From Bacteroidota bacterium (GTDB lineage: Bacteria > Bacteroidota > Bacteroidia > Bacteroidales > F082), in the NCBI GenBank assembly GCA_014382445.1, contig JACNJS010000010.1, positions 20,198-84,197 on the forward strand: 64,000 nucleotides of DNA, given 5' to 3'. Both the position numbers and the translations under genes were made by a program. Numbering within the stretch: the first letter of the stretch is position 1; every line of letters starts with the position of its first letter. Under the pieces are notes generated by a model. That model had not been told where the DNA came from. It ran no database searches and saw only the letters and a list, made by a program, of their open reading frames with translations. Shown one piece after another: positions 63,292 through 64,000 of the stretch.

Positions 63292-64000
63292 CTACCCTTT
63301 ATAAAAAGGAGGTCGTTGTACTACTGCTCTGGCGAGTTTATTCCTTACCTTAATATAAATTTCAGAGCCATCTTGCCAATAAGGTTTTGTAATATATGCC
63401 ATACCCACACCTTTTTTCAACATTGGCGACATGGTTCCTGAAGTAACTTCGCCAATTACGTTACCATCAGCATTTATTACTTCATAGTGTTGACGCGGAA
63501 TGGCACGCTCTTCCATTATAAACCCTTTTAATCTCTGAGGCACGCCAAGTTCTTTTTGAGAAGCAAACAGCTCCCTGTCAATAAAATCATTGTCATCGGT
63601 AAATTTAGTGATCCAACCTAGGTCGGCTGCAATAGGTGAAGTGCTATCATCTATATCATTTCCATAAAGACAAAAACCCGATTCCAGGCGTAAAGTATCA
63701 CGAGCACCAAGTCCGATTGGTTTAATACCAAACTCCTCCCCTGCTTCCAATACGGCTTTGTATATCTTTTCAGCATCCGCATTTTTCATATATATCTCGC
63801 AACCACCCGATCCTGTATATCCTGTGGTAGAAAATATTACATTCTTCACACCTGCAAATTCAATTACCTTAAAGGTATAATATTCCATATCTTCCACAGG
63901 CACATCTGTAAGTTTCTGCATAGCCTTCAATGCAAGTGGCCCCTGAACAGCAAGCTGACTTATATCACTCGAAGCATTGGTTAGTTTGGCGCCAACTTCA
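63292..64000 (-). CDS. gcvT: glycine cleavage system aminomethyltransferase GcvT (N-terminus outside window)
   Basis: The ORF is open to the window edge (..LAVQGPLALKAMQKLT..). GYTGSGGCEIY, GLGARDTLRLE, VTSGTMSP..KGVGMAYI. Ends PFYKG. Confidence 0.9.
   Translation of the reverse strand, partial: EVGAKLTNASSDISQLAVQGPLALKAMQKLTDVPVEDMEYYTFKVIEFAGVKNVIFSTTGYTGSGGCEIYMKNADAEKIYKAVLEAGEEFGIKPIGLGARDTLRLESGFCLYGNDIDDSTSPIAADLGWITKFTDDNDFIDRELFASQKELGVPQRLKGFIMEERAIPRQHYEVINADGNVIGEVTSGTMSPMLKKGVGMAYITKPYWQDGSEIYIKVRNKLARAVVQRPPFYKG

Noticed and set aside
1-64000. tRNA, rRNA, tmRNA, riboswitches, prophage or canonical defence systems (RM, CRISPR-Cas, TA, CBASS, retron etc.)
   Set aside because: I scanned the spacers by eye for T-loop (GTTCGAATC-like) motifs, riboswitch cores and hallmark proteins and found none. 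This negative is limited by manual inspection, and covariance-model scans should be run.

Overview
AT-rich chromosomal segment that looks Bacteroidota-like: no Shine-Dalgarno leaders, TAnnTTTG-type -7 boxes, a CarboxypepD_reg-type TonB-dependent receptor, a GxxExxY gene and lipobox/SPOR proteins. I support about 50 CDS and saw no rRNA, tRNA, CRISPR array, prophage or canonical defence module. Left third (1-21 kb) is housekeeping and envelope: ApbE, a cation/proton antiporter, a DUF1538x2-PII-CBS operon, a 1261-aa AsmA/TamB-like protein, an ECF sigma/anti-sigma pair, upp, dnaX and a superoxide-reductase-like protein. The middle (21.1-41.6 kb) is a dense two-component island. It holds three hybrid histidine kinases sharing a triplicated GAF-HisKA-HATPase-REC cassette, a haem-c (DUF3365) PAS/GAF sensor with no output domain, a TonB-dependent receptor, a polytopic PAS kinase, a stand-alone receiver and an interposed GxxExxY gene. 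Right third (41.7-64 kb) has EamA, a class IV aminotransferase, recN, an IS200-like tyrosine transposase flanked by inverted REP-like hairpins, and a Mur ligase overlapping a PP-loop-like ORF (candidate MurD2/MurL). It also has yqgE, a chagasin-like inhibitor plus rhomboid, a GH3-beta-lactamase fusion, a split transketolase interrupted by a VWA gene, a DUF4143 AAA ATPase and partial gcvT. The intergenic DNA carries several repeat families: a TIR-bounded MITE-like element (2 copies), a ~420-440 bp repeat behind two kinase paralogues, an 80-bp tandem CGCAAAG repeat, a heptamer microsatellite and GC-rich hairpin islands. I cannot name a clear novel multi-gene system. The best under-described candidates are the DUF1538-PII-CBS operon, the MurD2/MurL-like pair, the kinase island with its repeats, and the GxxExxY cassette. 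All family calls rest on motif recognition by eye, not on searches.
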